Shown: positions 35,901 through 44,658, numbered from the stretch's first letter. The stretch: DNA of 64,000 nt from an uncultured Eubacteriales bacterium (GCA_934502885.1 CAKSUT010000010.1:19307-83306); one strand, 5' to 3'. Numbers and translations are program-made. Notes: generated by a model from the letters alone, not told the origin.

Positions 35901-36566
35901 GGTATTCAGAGCTATGATGTCTATGCGAACAATATCGGCGCCGCAGTGCGCTACGGCAACGGCGTCGAGATCGGCGACTGCGACGGCTACTATATACAGA
36001 ACTGCTACTTCTCCGACATTTACGACACGGCAATGACCTTCCAGTCGCGCGACGGCCGCAACGACCGTACCATAAAAGACATTTACTTCGAGGGCAACCT
36101 GATTGAGAACTGCGTGTACTCGGTTGAGTGCTTCTGGGGCAGTGCCAAGACTGAGGGTGTTGACAGATACGTCGAGAATTTCTTTATCAGAAACAACATC
36201 ATGCGCAACGCCGGAAGCGGCTTCGGAAGCACGCGTCCCAATAAGCAGGAGGTTGCGCACATCAAGACGTGGAACGCTTACAACAAGGTCAAGGACAAGT
36301 CGTTTATCATTGAAAACAACATTTTCGACCGCAGCTCTTACATGATGTTCCACACCTGCGTAAGAGACGCCGAAAACCTCGATTCCGTACCGGTGTTCAG
36401 AAACAACACGTTTATACAGTACATTTCCTCCGACGACAACACCGCCTCCCTCGGCAAGTTCGGCAAAATAACCGTTGCACAGCCGTACAATGCGGATATT
36501 CCCACAACGCTGAAAATGTTCGGTATCTCCGAAGAGAACGGCAATGAGTTCCTGTTTGCGGAGTAA
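32973..36566 (+). CDS. Secreted cell-surface protein with 2x N-terminal ~230-aa repeat, 3 SLH motifs and a C-terminal right-handed parallel beta-helix domain (paralog 1)
   Basis: 1197-aa ORF. Signal-like MRKRLAAFITVAAMIVSAFSAEG gives an alternative start at 33021. SLH motifs GYSDGTFRPNMAMTRAE, FHPNNSITRAEF and GYADGTFKPDKALSRAE. The beta-helix region has repeated NC.F..IGGG, GNG.E and N.I.N-type turns. Confidence 0.85.
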   Translation: MKSVKALADKKCLCKGMRKRLAAFITVAAMIVSAFSAEGFTFAADDESNAPTLAVVDYYAENLAAAGAYNFELRPQFGDKVPFGKGRNYDCYYPQGCGQQRPEVYVWESAAISVADPFLKIVPKKPRVSFTFDTFKQNMYFDYGKPYFTLVLKANKTFNSYITVKTLNSAYQKKWYVKFTGGWQKIILDFAEVDGWMKKDENGEYVPSDVTPFGDKINKLYGGMAFELPGSSSCSELLVDYIAMFPTLEGAESFESIGSVEVKDTAVGLLTDEKEPPMPEVAQYKQKLDAAGAYNFELRPQFGNKIPFGRGRNYDCYYPQGSEHTRPEIYPWGSAEVEVSDKFVKIVPKLKNVSITFDTFPTSFLMDYSKPYFTMVLKTDRAFEGTIRIKTLDAKYQKTWNVTFTGDWQKIILDFADTNGWEQKGDDGLYIPVAVTPFCAEINKLYGGFAFAVPGTEKCSEYLFDYIAMFPTLDAAEKFDGIGITDVKNTSIGTVGELKLSILSAKYRDLIVFMRGYSDGTFRPNMAMTRAEVCAAIARLMATEQKIAETKTSAYPDIKDTDWYASYVAFLEKEGVLDEFTGEFHPNNSITRAEFVGLLFAARGFVEAVNTPDGFSDVGETTKFAKAIYAASSAGVVSGYADGTFKPDKALSRAEIAVILSRLLDIKPMKDEKQMFSDLDKSFWGYGEIMAVIIPNSLKIDTEKTKTVLAEVDEKAKALKKSITETKTEVVVKGTKYYVAADGNDANDGKSPEKAWKSIAKVSETAFENGDGVFFKRGDTFRVNSRLLLKNGVTYSAYGDGAKPIITASPENVANPDKWELYDAANNIWCLKEKVLDQGTLIFDDSEYAIKLIPSFKGGKFVNDAGEEFKPSAELKNDLEMFCETNENLKANGVPNVTVSKGKLYLKCDRGNPGSVFKSIELMPPTNIMVAGTEDYMLTDVTIDNLSLKYTGAHGIHAQRGTNYHIQNCEFRFIGGGIQSYDVYANNIGAAVRYGNGVEIGDCDGYYIQNCYFSDIYDTAMTFQSRDGRNDRTIKDIYFEGNLIENCVYSVECFWGSAKTEGVDRYVENFFIRNNIMRNAGSGFGSTRPNKQEVAHIKTWNAYNKVKDKSFIIENNIFDRSSYMMFHTCVRDAENLDSVPVFRNNTFIQYISSDDNTASLGKFGKITVAQPYNADIPTTLKMFGISEENGNEFLFAE

Positions 36567-36583
36567 TTGAATAGTCGAGAAAG

Positions 36584-36618
36584 AACCGCTCTCCGTAAAA
36601 AGAGGGCGGTTTTGTGTT
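36584..36618 (+). terminator. Rho-independent terminator after SLH paralog 1
   Basis: ACCGCTCTC-CGTAAAAA-GAGGGCGGT followed by TTTGTGTTG. It is duplicated after paralog 2. Confidence 0.75.
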
Positions 36619-36698
36619 GTCAATATGAGAGTGTCACAGGTTGCATACCGTTACAAACTTCGCGCTGTGCGGCTTTCCGTCCCGGGCCGTACAATGCT

Positions 36699-36825
36699 GC
36701 GTCGCAACTCGAAGTATCATGCGACATTTCACATCAAGCGAAGCGAGATATTCCATACGCTGAAAGCGTATTTACGCATTCCGTTAGGAATGCATTTCAC
36801 GCTTTGCGCCGTGCCTTGCAAAATC
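36699..36825 (+). repeat. Hairpin-chain repeat fragment R4
   Basis: TCATGCGACATTTCACATCAAGCGAAGCGAGATATT..CATTCCGTTAGGAATGCATTTCACG matches 63465-63570. Confidence 0.7.
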
Positions 36826-36917
36826 CCACCCTATTTTAAAAAAATACACCATAGATTTTTATGGAAAAGACGTGTATAATAGTGACGAAAACACAACCGA
36901 CGAAAGGAAATACTGCA

Positions 36918-39758
36918 ATGATGAAGAAAATTCTTGCAGCGGTGCTTCTTGCCACCATCGCTCTCACCGGTGTTCCGACTTTTACCGCGTTCTCGGCAGA
37001 TGAAACAATGCCCGAGGTCGAATACTACAAGGAACGGCTCTCCGACGCCTTTGTTTATGAACTGCGTCCCGAAAAGGGGGACGAAATACCGTTCGGCAAG
37101 GGAAGGTACATCGACTGCTACTACCCAAGAGGCTGCGGTCAGGATCGCCCGGAGTTTTACACATGGGGAAGCGGAAAAATAGGTGTCGAGGGGCACTACG
37201 TCAAGTTTTCCCCCGGAAAGAGCGACGAGATGTCTGTGACATTTGACACCTCGCCGAAGAGCTATTACATGGACTACTCAAAGCCGTTTTTCACCTTTGC
37301 CGTAAAGGCGGACAATGCGTTCGACGGATTTATCACGTTCAGAACTCTCGACGGAAAGTATATGAAAACCTGGAGCGTCAATTTCACGGGAAAGTGGCAG
37401 AAGGTGATTCTCGACTTCTCCGATAAGAACGGCTGGACATTAAAGAACGCCGACGGAGAATACACACCCGTCTACGCAACGCCTTTCAGCAATGAGGTAA
37501 ACTCTCTTTTCGGCGGTCATGCGATGAGGCTTGCCGGCACGGAGAAGTGTTCGGAGTATCTTTTCGACTACATGGCGATGTTTTCAACTCTTGAGGAGGC
37601 TCAAAACTTCACGGGTCTTGCCGATATCGAAAGCACTTCCGTTCCCGAAGCCGTGGTTGTGCGGTCGGTTCTTGACGCAAAGTCGAGAAAGCCAATTGTA
37701 TTCATGAGCGGCTACCCCGACGGCACATTCAAGCCGAACAAGGGCATGACGAGAGCGGAGGCGTGTACGGTTCTTGCGCGTCTTATGGGCAGTGAGACGG
37801 AGATTTCCGAAAGAGTTTCAAGCGGTGCCGCCTCACGTTTTACCGACATTAAGCCCGACGCATGGTATTACAGGTACATAGCGTTTCTCGACGGCAACGG
37901 AGTCCTCAGTGATTTCGACGGCGAGTTTTGCCCGAACGCCCCGATAACCCGTGCGGAATTTGTGGGAATGCTTCTTGCGGCAAAGGGATTTTCCGAAACA
38001 GTACCGACGGGAACATTTACCGATGTGAAAGAGGATACGCCGTTTTCGTCCGCAATATATTCGGCAAGCAGTGCCGGCGTCGTCAGCGGCTATGCCGACG
38101 GCACATTCAAGCCCGACAAGGCACTCAGCCGTGCGGAAATTGCGGTTATTTTGTCGAGGCTTCTCGATATAAAGCCTATGAAAGACGAAAAACAGATGTT
38201 CAGCGACCTTGATAAATCATTCTGGGGGTACGGAGAAATCATGGCAGTTATAATTCCAAATTCACTTAAAATCGACACCGAGAAGACAAAAACGGTTCTC
38301 GCCGAGGTTGATGAAAAAGCAAAAGCACTCAAAAAGAGCATTACCGAAACAAAGACTGAGGTAGTAGTTAAGGGTACAAAGTACTATGTCGCCGCAGACG
38401 GCAACGACGCAAACGACGGCAAGAGTCCCGAAAAAGCATGGAAGTCTATCGCAAAGGTTTCAGAGACCGCATTTGAAAACGGCGACGGCGTATTCTTCAA
38501 GAGAGGCGATACCTTCAGAGTCAACGGCAGACTCCTTCTCAAGAACGGCGTTACGTACTCCGCATACGGCGAGGGCGAAAAGCCGATAATCACGGCGTCT
38601 CCCGAAAACGGTGCAAATCCCGACAAGTGGGAGCTTTACGACGAAGAAAACAAGGTCTGGCGTTACACAACGAAGATGAAAGACCAGGGAACTCTCGTGT
38701 TCGACGGCGGAAAGGTATGTGCGGCAAAGCTCACTCCGGATTTTAAAGGCGGAAAGTTTATCGACAACTCCGGGAACGCATTCACCTCGGCGAATATGAA
38801 GAACGATCTTGAGCTTTTCTGCGACACGGTTGACGGAGTGACATCGTATCCGAACCCCCGAACCACTCTCGGCTACATTTACTTAAGGTGCGAAAGCGGA
38901 AATCCGGGCGAGGTGTTCGAGTCGATAGAATTCATGCCGTCCGACCACATAATGAAAGCGGGTACGGCCGACGACAGGCTTCGCAGCGTTACGATAGACA
39001 ATCTGGATGTGCGTTACGGCGGTGCTCACGGAATACATTGCAGTGCGGCGTCGGATTACACGGTGCAGAACTGTGTTTTCGAGTACATCGGCGGCGGTGT
39101 GCAGAGCTACACGCTGACAAGCACGGCAGGACGTCCCGTGAGATACGGCAATGCGGTTGAGCTGGGAACGTGCGACGGATTCACGGTAAAGAACTGCTAC
39201 ATAAACGAAATCTACGACGCCGGACTTACCTTCCAGACGGGCAGCGGAGCGGTTGACGAGTGCGTAAAAAATGTGACCTTTGAGGGCAACCTCATCGAAA
39301 ACTGCACGTATTCCGTAGAGTGCTTCATGGGCAAACCGAAGACCGAGGGAGCGGACAAGCACATCGAGAATTTCCTTGTGAAGGACAACATCATGCGTTT
39401 TGCCGGCTGCGGCTTCGGAAACACACGCCCCGACAAGGCAAATGTTGCGCACATCAAGACATGGAACAACTACAACAAGGTAAAGGACAGAAGCTTTGTA
39501 ATTGAGGGCAACACCTTTGACCGCAGTACGTACATGATGTTCCACATAGGCGTAAACGACGAGGCGAACCTCGATTCCATGCCGATAATGAGAAACAACC
39601 TTTTCGTGCAGACGCTGACGACAAGCGAAAACTCCGCCTCTCTCGGCATTTTCGGCGTCGGAACCGACAGAAAGCCATACGATGCAAGCATTCCGAATTT
39701 CCTCAAGGAGTTCGCTGTTCTCGAGTCGGACGGCAACGTATTTCTGTTTGCGGAGTAA
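36918..39758 (+). CDS. Secreted SLH-domain / beta-helix surface protein (paralog 2; one N-terminal repeat)
   Basis: The ORF-track frame is 36861..39758. The likely start is MMKKILAAVLLATIALTG at 36918, after GAAAGGAAA. The architecture matches paralog 1, and it shares a 406-bp identical tract with it. Confidence 0.85.
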   Translation: MMKKILAAVLLATIALTGVPTFTAFSADETMPEVEYYKERLSDAFVYELRPEKGDEIPFGKGRYIDCYYPRGCGQDRPEFYTWGSGKIGVEGHYVKFSPGKSDEMSVTFDTSPKSYYMDYSKPFFTFAVKADNAFDGFITFRTLDGKYMKTWSVNFTGKWQKVILDFSDKNGWTLKNADGEYTPVYATPFSNEVNSLFGGHAMRLAGTEKCSEYLFDYMAMFSTLEEAQNFTGLADIESTSVPEAVVVRSVLDAKSRKPIVFMSGYPDGTFKPNKGMTRAEACTVLARLMGSETEISERVSSGAASRFTDIKPDAWYYRYIAFLDGNGVLSDFDGEFCPNAPITRAEFVGMLLAAKGFSETVPTGTFTDVKEDTPFSSAIYSASSAGVVSGYADGTFKPDKALSRAEIAVILSRLLDIKPMKDEKQMFSDLDKSFWGYGEIMAVIIPNSLKIDTEKTKTVLAEVDEKAKALKKSITETKTEVVVKGTKYYVAADGNDANDGKSPEKAWKSIAKVSETAFENGDGVFFKRGDTFRVNGRLLLKNGVTYSAYGEGEKPIITASPENGANPDKWELYDEENKVWRYTTKMKDQGTLVFDGGKVCAAKLTPDFKGGKFIDNSGNAFTSANMKNDLELFCDTVDGVTSYPNPRTTLGYIYLRCESGNPGEVFESIEFMPSDHIMKAGTADDRLRSVTIDNLDVRYGGAHGIHCSAASDYTVQNCVFEYIGGGVQSYTLTSTAGRPVRYGNAVELGTCDGFTVKNCYINEIYDAGLTFQTGSGAVDECVKNVTFEGNLIENCTYSVECFMGKPKTEGADKHIENFLVKDNIMRFAGCGFGNTRPDKANVAHIKTWNNYNKVKDRSFVIEGNTFDRSTYMMFHIGVNDEANLDSMPIMRNNLFVQTLTTSENSASLGIFGVGTDRKPYDASIPNFLKEFAVLESDGNVFLFAE

Positions 39759-39776
39759 TTGAAAAAGAATAAAAAG

Positions 39777-39812
39777 AACCGCTCTCCGTAAAAAGAGGGC
39801 GGTTTCGTGTTG
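39777..39812 (+). terminator. Rho-independent terminator after SLH paralog 2
   Basis: Same hairpin as 36584-36618, followed by TTTCGTGTTG. Confidence 0.75.
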
Positions 39813-39879
39813 TCAATATGAGAGTGTCACAGGTTGCATACCGTTACAAACTTCGCGCTGTGCGACTTTCCGTCCCGGG

Positions 39880-39963
39880 ATGTACAATGCGGACATTCCC
39901 GCGACGCTGAAAGTGTTCGGCATCTCCGAAGAGAACGGCAACGTATTCCTGTTTGCGGAGTAA
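39880..39963 (+). pseudogene. Relic 3' end of a further SLH/beta-helix paralog
   Basis: Translates to MYNADIPATLKVFGISEENGNVFLFAE*. Paralog 1 ends PYNADIPTTLKMFGISEENGNEFLFAE*. It is preceded by the same about 68-bp post-terminator junction seen at 36624-36690. Confidence 0.75.
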
Positions 39964-39999
39964 GCGCGGCATTTCCCTTGAAATTTAATAAAATATATG

Positions 40000-40028
40000 T
40001 AGATAAGATACCGAAAGTGTGGTATAAT
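40000..40028 (+). promoter_or_regulatory. Extended -10 promoter upstream of ychF
   Basis: TGGTATAAT (40020-40028) with a weak -35 TAGATA 17 nt upstream. Confidence 0.5.
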
Positions 40029-40086
40029 CTGCAAGGACGGTTTCGCGAACGGAACCATGAAGGAAAGTATTCAAGGAGATGCAAAT

Positions 40087-41181
40087 ATGAAATTAGGTAT
40101 AGTCGGACTGCCGAATGTCGGCAAAAGCACGCTTTTCAACGCGATAACAAACGCGGGCGCCGAGGCGGCGAACTACCCGTTCTGCACGATTGACCCGAAC
40201 GTCGGCATTGCGCCCGTTCCCGACAAGAGACTCGACGTTCTCGCCGAGATGTACAACCCCGAGAAGTACACGCCGGCGGTGATTGAATTTGTTGACATTG
40301 CGGGTCTTGTCAAGGGTGCGTCGCACGGAGAGGGTCTCGGCAACAAGTTTTTGTCGCACATTCGCGAGGTTGACGCCATTGTACACGTTGTCCGCTGTTT
40401 TGAAAATTCCGACATTATTCATGTCAACGGCAAGGTTGACCCGGCGAGCGACGTTGAGACGATAAATCTTGAGCTTGTGTATTCCGACATTGAAATTCTC
40501 GAGCGCAGGCTCGACCGTGCAAAGAAGACTCTCAAAGGAGACAAGTCCGCGCAGCGTGAAATTGACCTTATAGAGAAGCTTCTTGCGGCTCTCAACGAGG
40601 GCAAAAGTGCGAGAACTCTCGACTTTACCGAAAGTGAGCGTGAGCTTCTTGCGGACATACCGCTTCTGAGCCTCAAGCCGGTAATTTACGCCGCGAACAT
40701 AGACGAAGAGAACATAGCCGCCGACCCCATGGAGAATCCGCACTACGTTGCGCTCAAGAAGATTGCCGACGCGGAGCATTCCGAGATAATTGTAATCTGC
40801 GCCGAAATCGAGGCGGAGATAGCGCAGCTTGAGCCGGAGGAGAGAAAGGAATTTCTCGCCGACCTCGGACTTTCCGAGTCGGGACTCGACCGTCTTGTCA
40901 AGGCAGGCTACAAGCTTCTCGGTCTTATCAGCTACCTCACTGCAGGACCTAAAGAGGTTCGCGCGTGGACGATCGAAGAGGGTACAAAAGCTCCTCAGGC
41001 GGCAGGAAAGATTCACTCCGACTTCGAGAAAGGCTTCATCAGAGCGGAGGTCATTGCGTTCGACGACCTCGTCGCCTGCGGCTCGGTCAACGCCGCCAAG
41101 GACAAGGGTCTCATGCGAAGCGAGGGTAAAGACTACGTCATTAAGGACGGCGACGTCGTCCTCTTCAGATTTAACGTGTGA
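40087..41181 (+). CDS. ychF: Ribosome-binding ATPase YchF (Obg family)
   Basis: The ORF-track frame is 40057..41181. The likely start is [19 protein letters not shown] at 40087, after AAGGAG. Confidence 0.95.
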   Translation: MKLGIVGLPNVGKSTLFNAITNAGAEAANYPFCTIDPNVGIAPVPDKRLDVLAEMYNPEKYTPAVIEFVDIAGLVKGASHGEGLGNKFLSHIREVDAIVHVVRCFENSDIIHVNGKVDPASDVETINLELVYSDIEILERRLDRAKKTLKGDKSAQREIDLIEKLLAALNEGKSARTLDFTESERELLADIPLLSLKPVIYAANIDEENIAADPMENPHYVALKKIADAEHSEIIVICAEIEAEIAQLEPEERKEFLADLGLSESGLDRLVKAGYKLLGLISYLTAGPKEVRAWTIEEGTKAPQAAGKIHSDFEKGFIRAEVIAFDDLVACGSVNAAKDKGLMRSEGKDYVIKDGDVVLFRFNV

Positions 41182-41657
41182 CGAGGGGACGAGGGGGCTA
41201 CGAAGGCGAAGATTACGAGGGTGTCCTTTTCTTGAAAGAAAAGGACCAAAAGAACTTTGTCGATTTCAAAACTGCGTTTTGAAATGGGAAGTCTTTTGTA
41301 TAATTTTGAGGTTATACCGCACGACGTCGTCAAAAGGCGGACTCCGTCGTGAAGTGAGCAAGGACTCATCTAATCGAACAGAATACGCAAGTCGGCGACC
41401 ATATATTCAAGTCGCCGACTTGCGTATTTTCTCGGATTATGGTGCTGATTTGACAGTCCCTCAGTCACGGCAAGCCGTGACAGCTCCATAGGTTGCTCTG
41501 CAACCGGTTACACAGGGGAGCCTCGTGAGCGGCTCCGCCCGCTCACTCCAAGACACCCATCCTGCAAAGCGTAAGCTTTGCTTTTGAAGTTCTTTTGGTC
41601 CTTTTCTTTCAAGAAAAGGACACCATCGTAATCTACGCCCGTCGGTCAATCCTTTTG
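41182..41657. mobile_element. Hairpin-chain repeat R5: MITE-like copy bounded by 48-nt terminal inverted repeats, filling the convergent ychF / SLH-3 spacer
   Basis: The left TIR (41210-41257) and right TIR (41587-41634) are reverse complements with one mismatch (AGATTACGA[G/T]GGTGTCCTTTTCTTGAAAGAAAAGGACCAAAAGAACTT). The interior is M2, M3, M5 and the GACAGTCCCTCAGTC modules. No ORF. Confidence 0.7.
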
Positions 41658-44588
41658 TCAGCCGTCGATGACAAGGAATTCCGAGCCATTGTCTCCGAGT
41701 GCTTCGAGCCTGTCGCGGATATCGGCGGAGGCAAGGAAGACCTGACCGTTTCTTCCGGCAAATACCGGAAGTCCCCTTCCCTGAACGAAAATGTTGTCGG
41801 TGTATACCGCAAGACTTCCCCCGTCGTTGCCTGCGGTGATAAGCCTGTCGGGCGAACGGTCAAGTATGTTGCTCCGAACGACGTAATTCTTCGTCGCTTT
41901 CGTCATGCCGCCGTTCCTTATGAGCGCCGCAAGACCGGTGTCGGGACGGAAATCAAAGCCGAAGCCGCCGCAGGTGCGGAGCAGGTTGTTCTCAATCGTG
42001 ATGTCCTCGTGAACAGAACCTGCCGTCTCGTCCGCTCCGACGAAAATCTCAATGCCGTAAACGCACCTCTCGGCAACGTTGCCGCGGTAAACGATGTTTC
42101 TGTCCTCTACCTTGTCCGTTTTAGCCGACTGATGCGTCATCGCCGCATCGTAAATGTCGTGCATATAGCAGTTTTCAACCGTGAAATCAACCGCTTCACC
42201 GTAAATCTGAACCGCGTTGCCGTAGGCGGTCGGCCATGTCCTGCCGTTGTAGCCGGCGTCGAACTGCACAGAGCCGCCGATGAAGTAAAACTCGCAGTTG
42301 CGGACGGTAAGTCCGTGCGCCGACGCCGCACCTATTCCGTGAGAACCGGTGTAGGCAAGCGTGAGTCCGTCAATCGTCACGTTCTCCGACGTGCCGCCGA
42401 ACGTGAATATGTGTCCTTTCTCGGCAAACTCAATATCGCCGTAAATCTCACCCGGGTTGCCCTTTTCGCACCTGAGATATACCTTGCCCGACTTGTCGTG
42501 TACAAACGAAAGATCGTCGGTGAGATTCTTGTAACTGTCAAACGAGCGCTTCTTTCTTGCGTCGAGGTGCTTTCCGTCCTTCTCGGTCGTGACGTAAACC
42601 TTGCGTGCCGCCGTGCCGTCGAGGACTATGTTTCCGACGTCCTCGGAGACGCTTTCCGCATACTCCCAGATTCCGTCTGCGTCGGTCTTTTTCCAGAGAG
42701 AGGCGTCCGCACTGTTCTTGCCCCAGCCGAAAATATTCGGCTTCGCACCGTCGCCGTATGCGGAGTAGGTCACGCCGCTCTTCGCCAATATGTGTCCTCG
42801 GAATGTGTCGCCTCTTCTGAAAAGTACGGCGTCGCCGGAGGCTATTTCCGCAGAGTTCGCCTTGGAGAGCGTCTTCCATGCGGTCGCTTCGGTGAGTCCG
42901 TCAGCACTGTCGTCGCCGTCGGCACTGATATAATACTTCTTTCCCGTTACGGAAACCTCGGATTTTGCCGCTCTTATTTCGGCAATGCGCTTTTCCGTCA
43001 CAAGGTCAATACCCTCGAGAGAAGCACTCGGAGTGAGTGTGGGAAGCGCCGTGCGAAGCTCCTTTATGTACTCCGACGCATTCTTTGCGTTCTCGGAGAG
43101 TGCAAATGTCTTTGTGTCCATATTTACGCTCCATACCTGCTTGCCGTCAACAGTTTCCGACGACGAAGCGGCGATAATATTGTTCTTTGCCCAGTGGGTC
43201 GAAATGTCGGAGAATTTGTTCGCAAAGTCCGCACCGTCAACTGTCTTTCTGCCGAGAAAGCGGTCGATTATCGTCACAAACTCCGCTCTCGTTATCGTGC
43301 CGTCGGGGCGGAAAGTGCCGTCGCTGTAGCCGTTTACGATGCCGGCCGAAGTAAGCGAATATATTTCGGCTCTGCCGGTTTCACGCTTTACGTCGGAAAA
43401 GTCCGCAATGCGGTACGCCGCAAAATCGCCTATACCGTAAATGAGTCTGCAAACCTCTTCACGTGTTATCGGCTGTGTCGGGAACACCTTGCCGCCGCGC
43501 ACGAACGACTCGAGAAGTCCGAGGTTTTCCAGAAGAGCGATGCTGTCGTGATACCATGCGCCGCTCTCTACGTCTGAAAGCTCGCTTGTGAATTTTTCGG
43601 TGCCGTCGGTCACAATGAGACGTGAGATTATCGCCATAGCCTCGGCACGTGTTATTGTGTTCTGCGGACGGAAAGTACCGTCGGAATAGCCGTTGATGAA
43701 TGCGCCGTCGGACTTTACGGTTATCTTACTTTCCTCCGCAAGGGTCGGATCATACGGCTTTACCGTGTCAAACGCCGTAAACCAGCTCTCTTTTGCGTCG
43801 GCATACCGTGAAACGTCAAGCACACGCTCACCCTCGACGTTGCCTTCGTAGTCTTCGCCTCGGCAAGCACCCACCGTGCCGCCCGTGATTGTGACGTATG
43901 AATTGCCCTTGACGTTCTTGTCCGTGACGCCGGAGCCGTTGTTGCAGCCGCCGTTTACCGTGGCTACCGTGCCGCCTTTTACCGTGATGTTGGTATTGCC
44001 GAGAACGTTTCCGTTGCGGCTTCCGCCGCAGATGAGGGTGTATGTTCCGCTGTATACAACGATATTCGTGTCGCCCGGAACCTCATAACCGCCGTCGCCG
44101 CCGCCTCGAATGCAAAGGTCGGTTGTGACCTCGTCGTCTTTGCGCACGACGGAAATTCCGCTGCCCATTATGAGTCTGTGTCCTCTGGCGTTTATGAAAC
44201 GGTAGCTTGAGGGGAGCAGGAGTGTTATGTGCTCTATTCTGAGGTCGCCGCCGATGTGGAGCGAGCTTTCAAGCTCAAAGACCGAGTCGTCGCCGAGACC
44301 TGTTATCGTGATTCCGCCCATATCGCCGCCGTCGGAAACCCACTTTATTCCGTCGGGATTCGACGCCTTATCGACGACAACCACCGTGCCGCCCTGCGTA
44401 CCGAGCAGTTCAAAGGCTTTGTCAAAAGTCGCGACAGGACTTTCGGCGGAGAGCCCGTCGTTTGAGTCACTGCCGTTTGCATCGATATAAACGATGTCTG
44501 CGTCGGTTTCGTCTGCGGCAAAGGCAAACGGCGTCAATGTGATGAGTAATGCGAGCAAAAGCGCCGCAATGCGGAGTTTTCTTTTCAC
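41658..44588 (-). CDS. Secreted SLH-domain surface protein with N-terminal beta-solenoid-like domain and C-terminal beta-helix domain (paralog 3)
   Basis: 976-aa ORF with a GTG start after GAAAGGGG, the signal peptide MKRKLRIAALLLALLITLTPFAFA, three SLH motifs, and a C-terminal domain homologous to paralogs 1, 2 and 4 (KKYYISADGDDSADG..FRRGDTFRG). Confidence 0.85.
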   Translation of the reverse strand: MKRKLRIAALLLALLITLTPFAFAADETDADIVYIDANGSDSNDGLSAESPVATFDKAFELLGTQGGTVVVVDKASNPDGIKWVSDGGDMGGITITGLGDDSVFELESSLHIGGDLRIEHITLLLPSSYRFINARGHRLIMGSGISVVRKDDEVTTDLCIRGGGDGGYEVPGDTNIVVYSGTYTLICGGSRNGNVLGNTNITVKGGTVATVNGGCNNGSGVTDKNVKGNSYVTITGGTVGACRGEDYEGNVEGERVLDVSRYADAKESWFTAFDTVKPYDPTLAEESKITVKSDGAFINGYSDGTFRPQNTITRAEAMAIISRLIVTDGTEKFTSELSDVESGAWYHDSIALLENLGLLESFVRGGKVFPTQPITREEVCRLIYGIGDFAAYRIADFSDVKRETGRAEIYSLTSAGIVNGYSDGTFRPDGTITRAEFVTIIDRFLGRKTVDGADFANKFSDISTHWAKNNIIAASSSETVDGKQVWSVNMDTKTFALSENAKNASEYIKELRTALPTLTPSASLEGIDLVTEKRIAEIRAAKSEVSVTGKKYYISADGDDSADGLTEATAWKTLSKANSAEIASGDAVLFRRGDTFRGHILAKSGVTYSAYGDGAKPNIFGWGKNSADASLWKKTDADGIWEYAESVSEDVGNIVLDGTAARKVYVTTEKDGKHLDARKKRSFDSYKNLTDDLSFVHDKSGKVYLRCEKGNPGEIYGDIEFAEKGHIFTFGGTSENVTIDGLTLAYTGSHGIGAASAHGLTVRNCEFYFIGGSVQFDAGYNGRTWPTAYGNAVQIYGEAVDFTVENCYMHDIYDAAMTHQSAKTDKVEDRNIVYRGNVAERCVYGIEIFVGADETAGSVHEDITIENNLLRTCGGFGFDFRPDTGLAALIRNGGMTKATKNYVVRSNILDRSPDRLITAGNDGGSLAVYTDNIFVQGRGLPVFAGRNGQVFLASADIRDRLEALGDNGSEFLVIDG

Positions 44589-44628
44589 TTGTGATACCCC
44601 TTTCGGTGTGAAATTTCATATTACACTC

Positions 44629-44658
44629 ATTTTACACCGGCATATGCATACATGTCAA
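44629..44658 (-). promoter_or_regulatory. Sigma-A type promoter of SLH paralog 3
   Basis: On the minus strand, TTGACA (44658-44653), an 18-nt spacer, then TAAAAT (44634-44629). Confidence 0.55.

Noticed and set aside
41182-41657. Calling the repeats an autonomous IS or transposon.
   Set aside because: No transposase, recombinase or RAYT/HUH-type ORF occurs anywhere in the window, and I saw no clear target-site duplications. Only a non-autonomous, MITE-like or REP/BIME-like status can be proposed.
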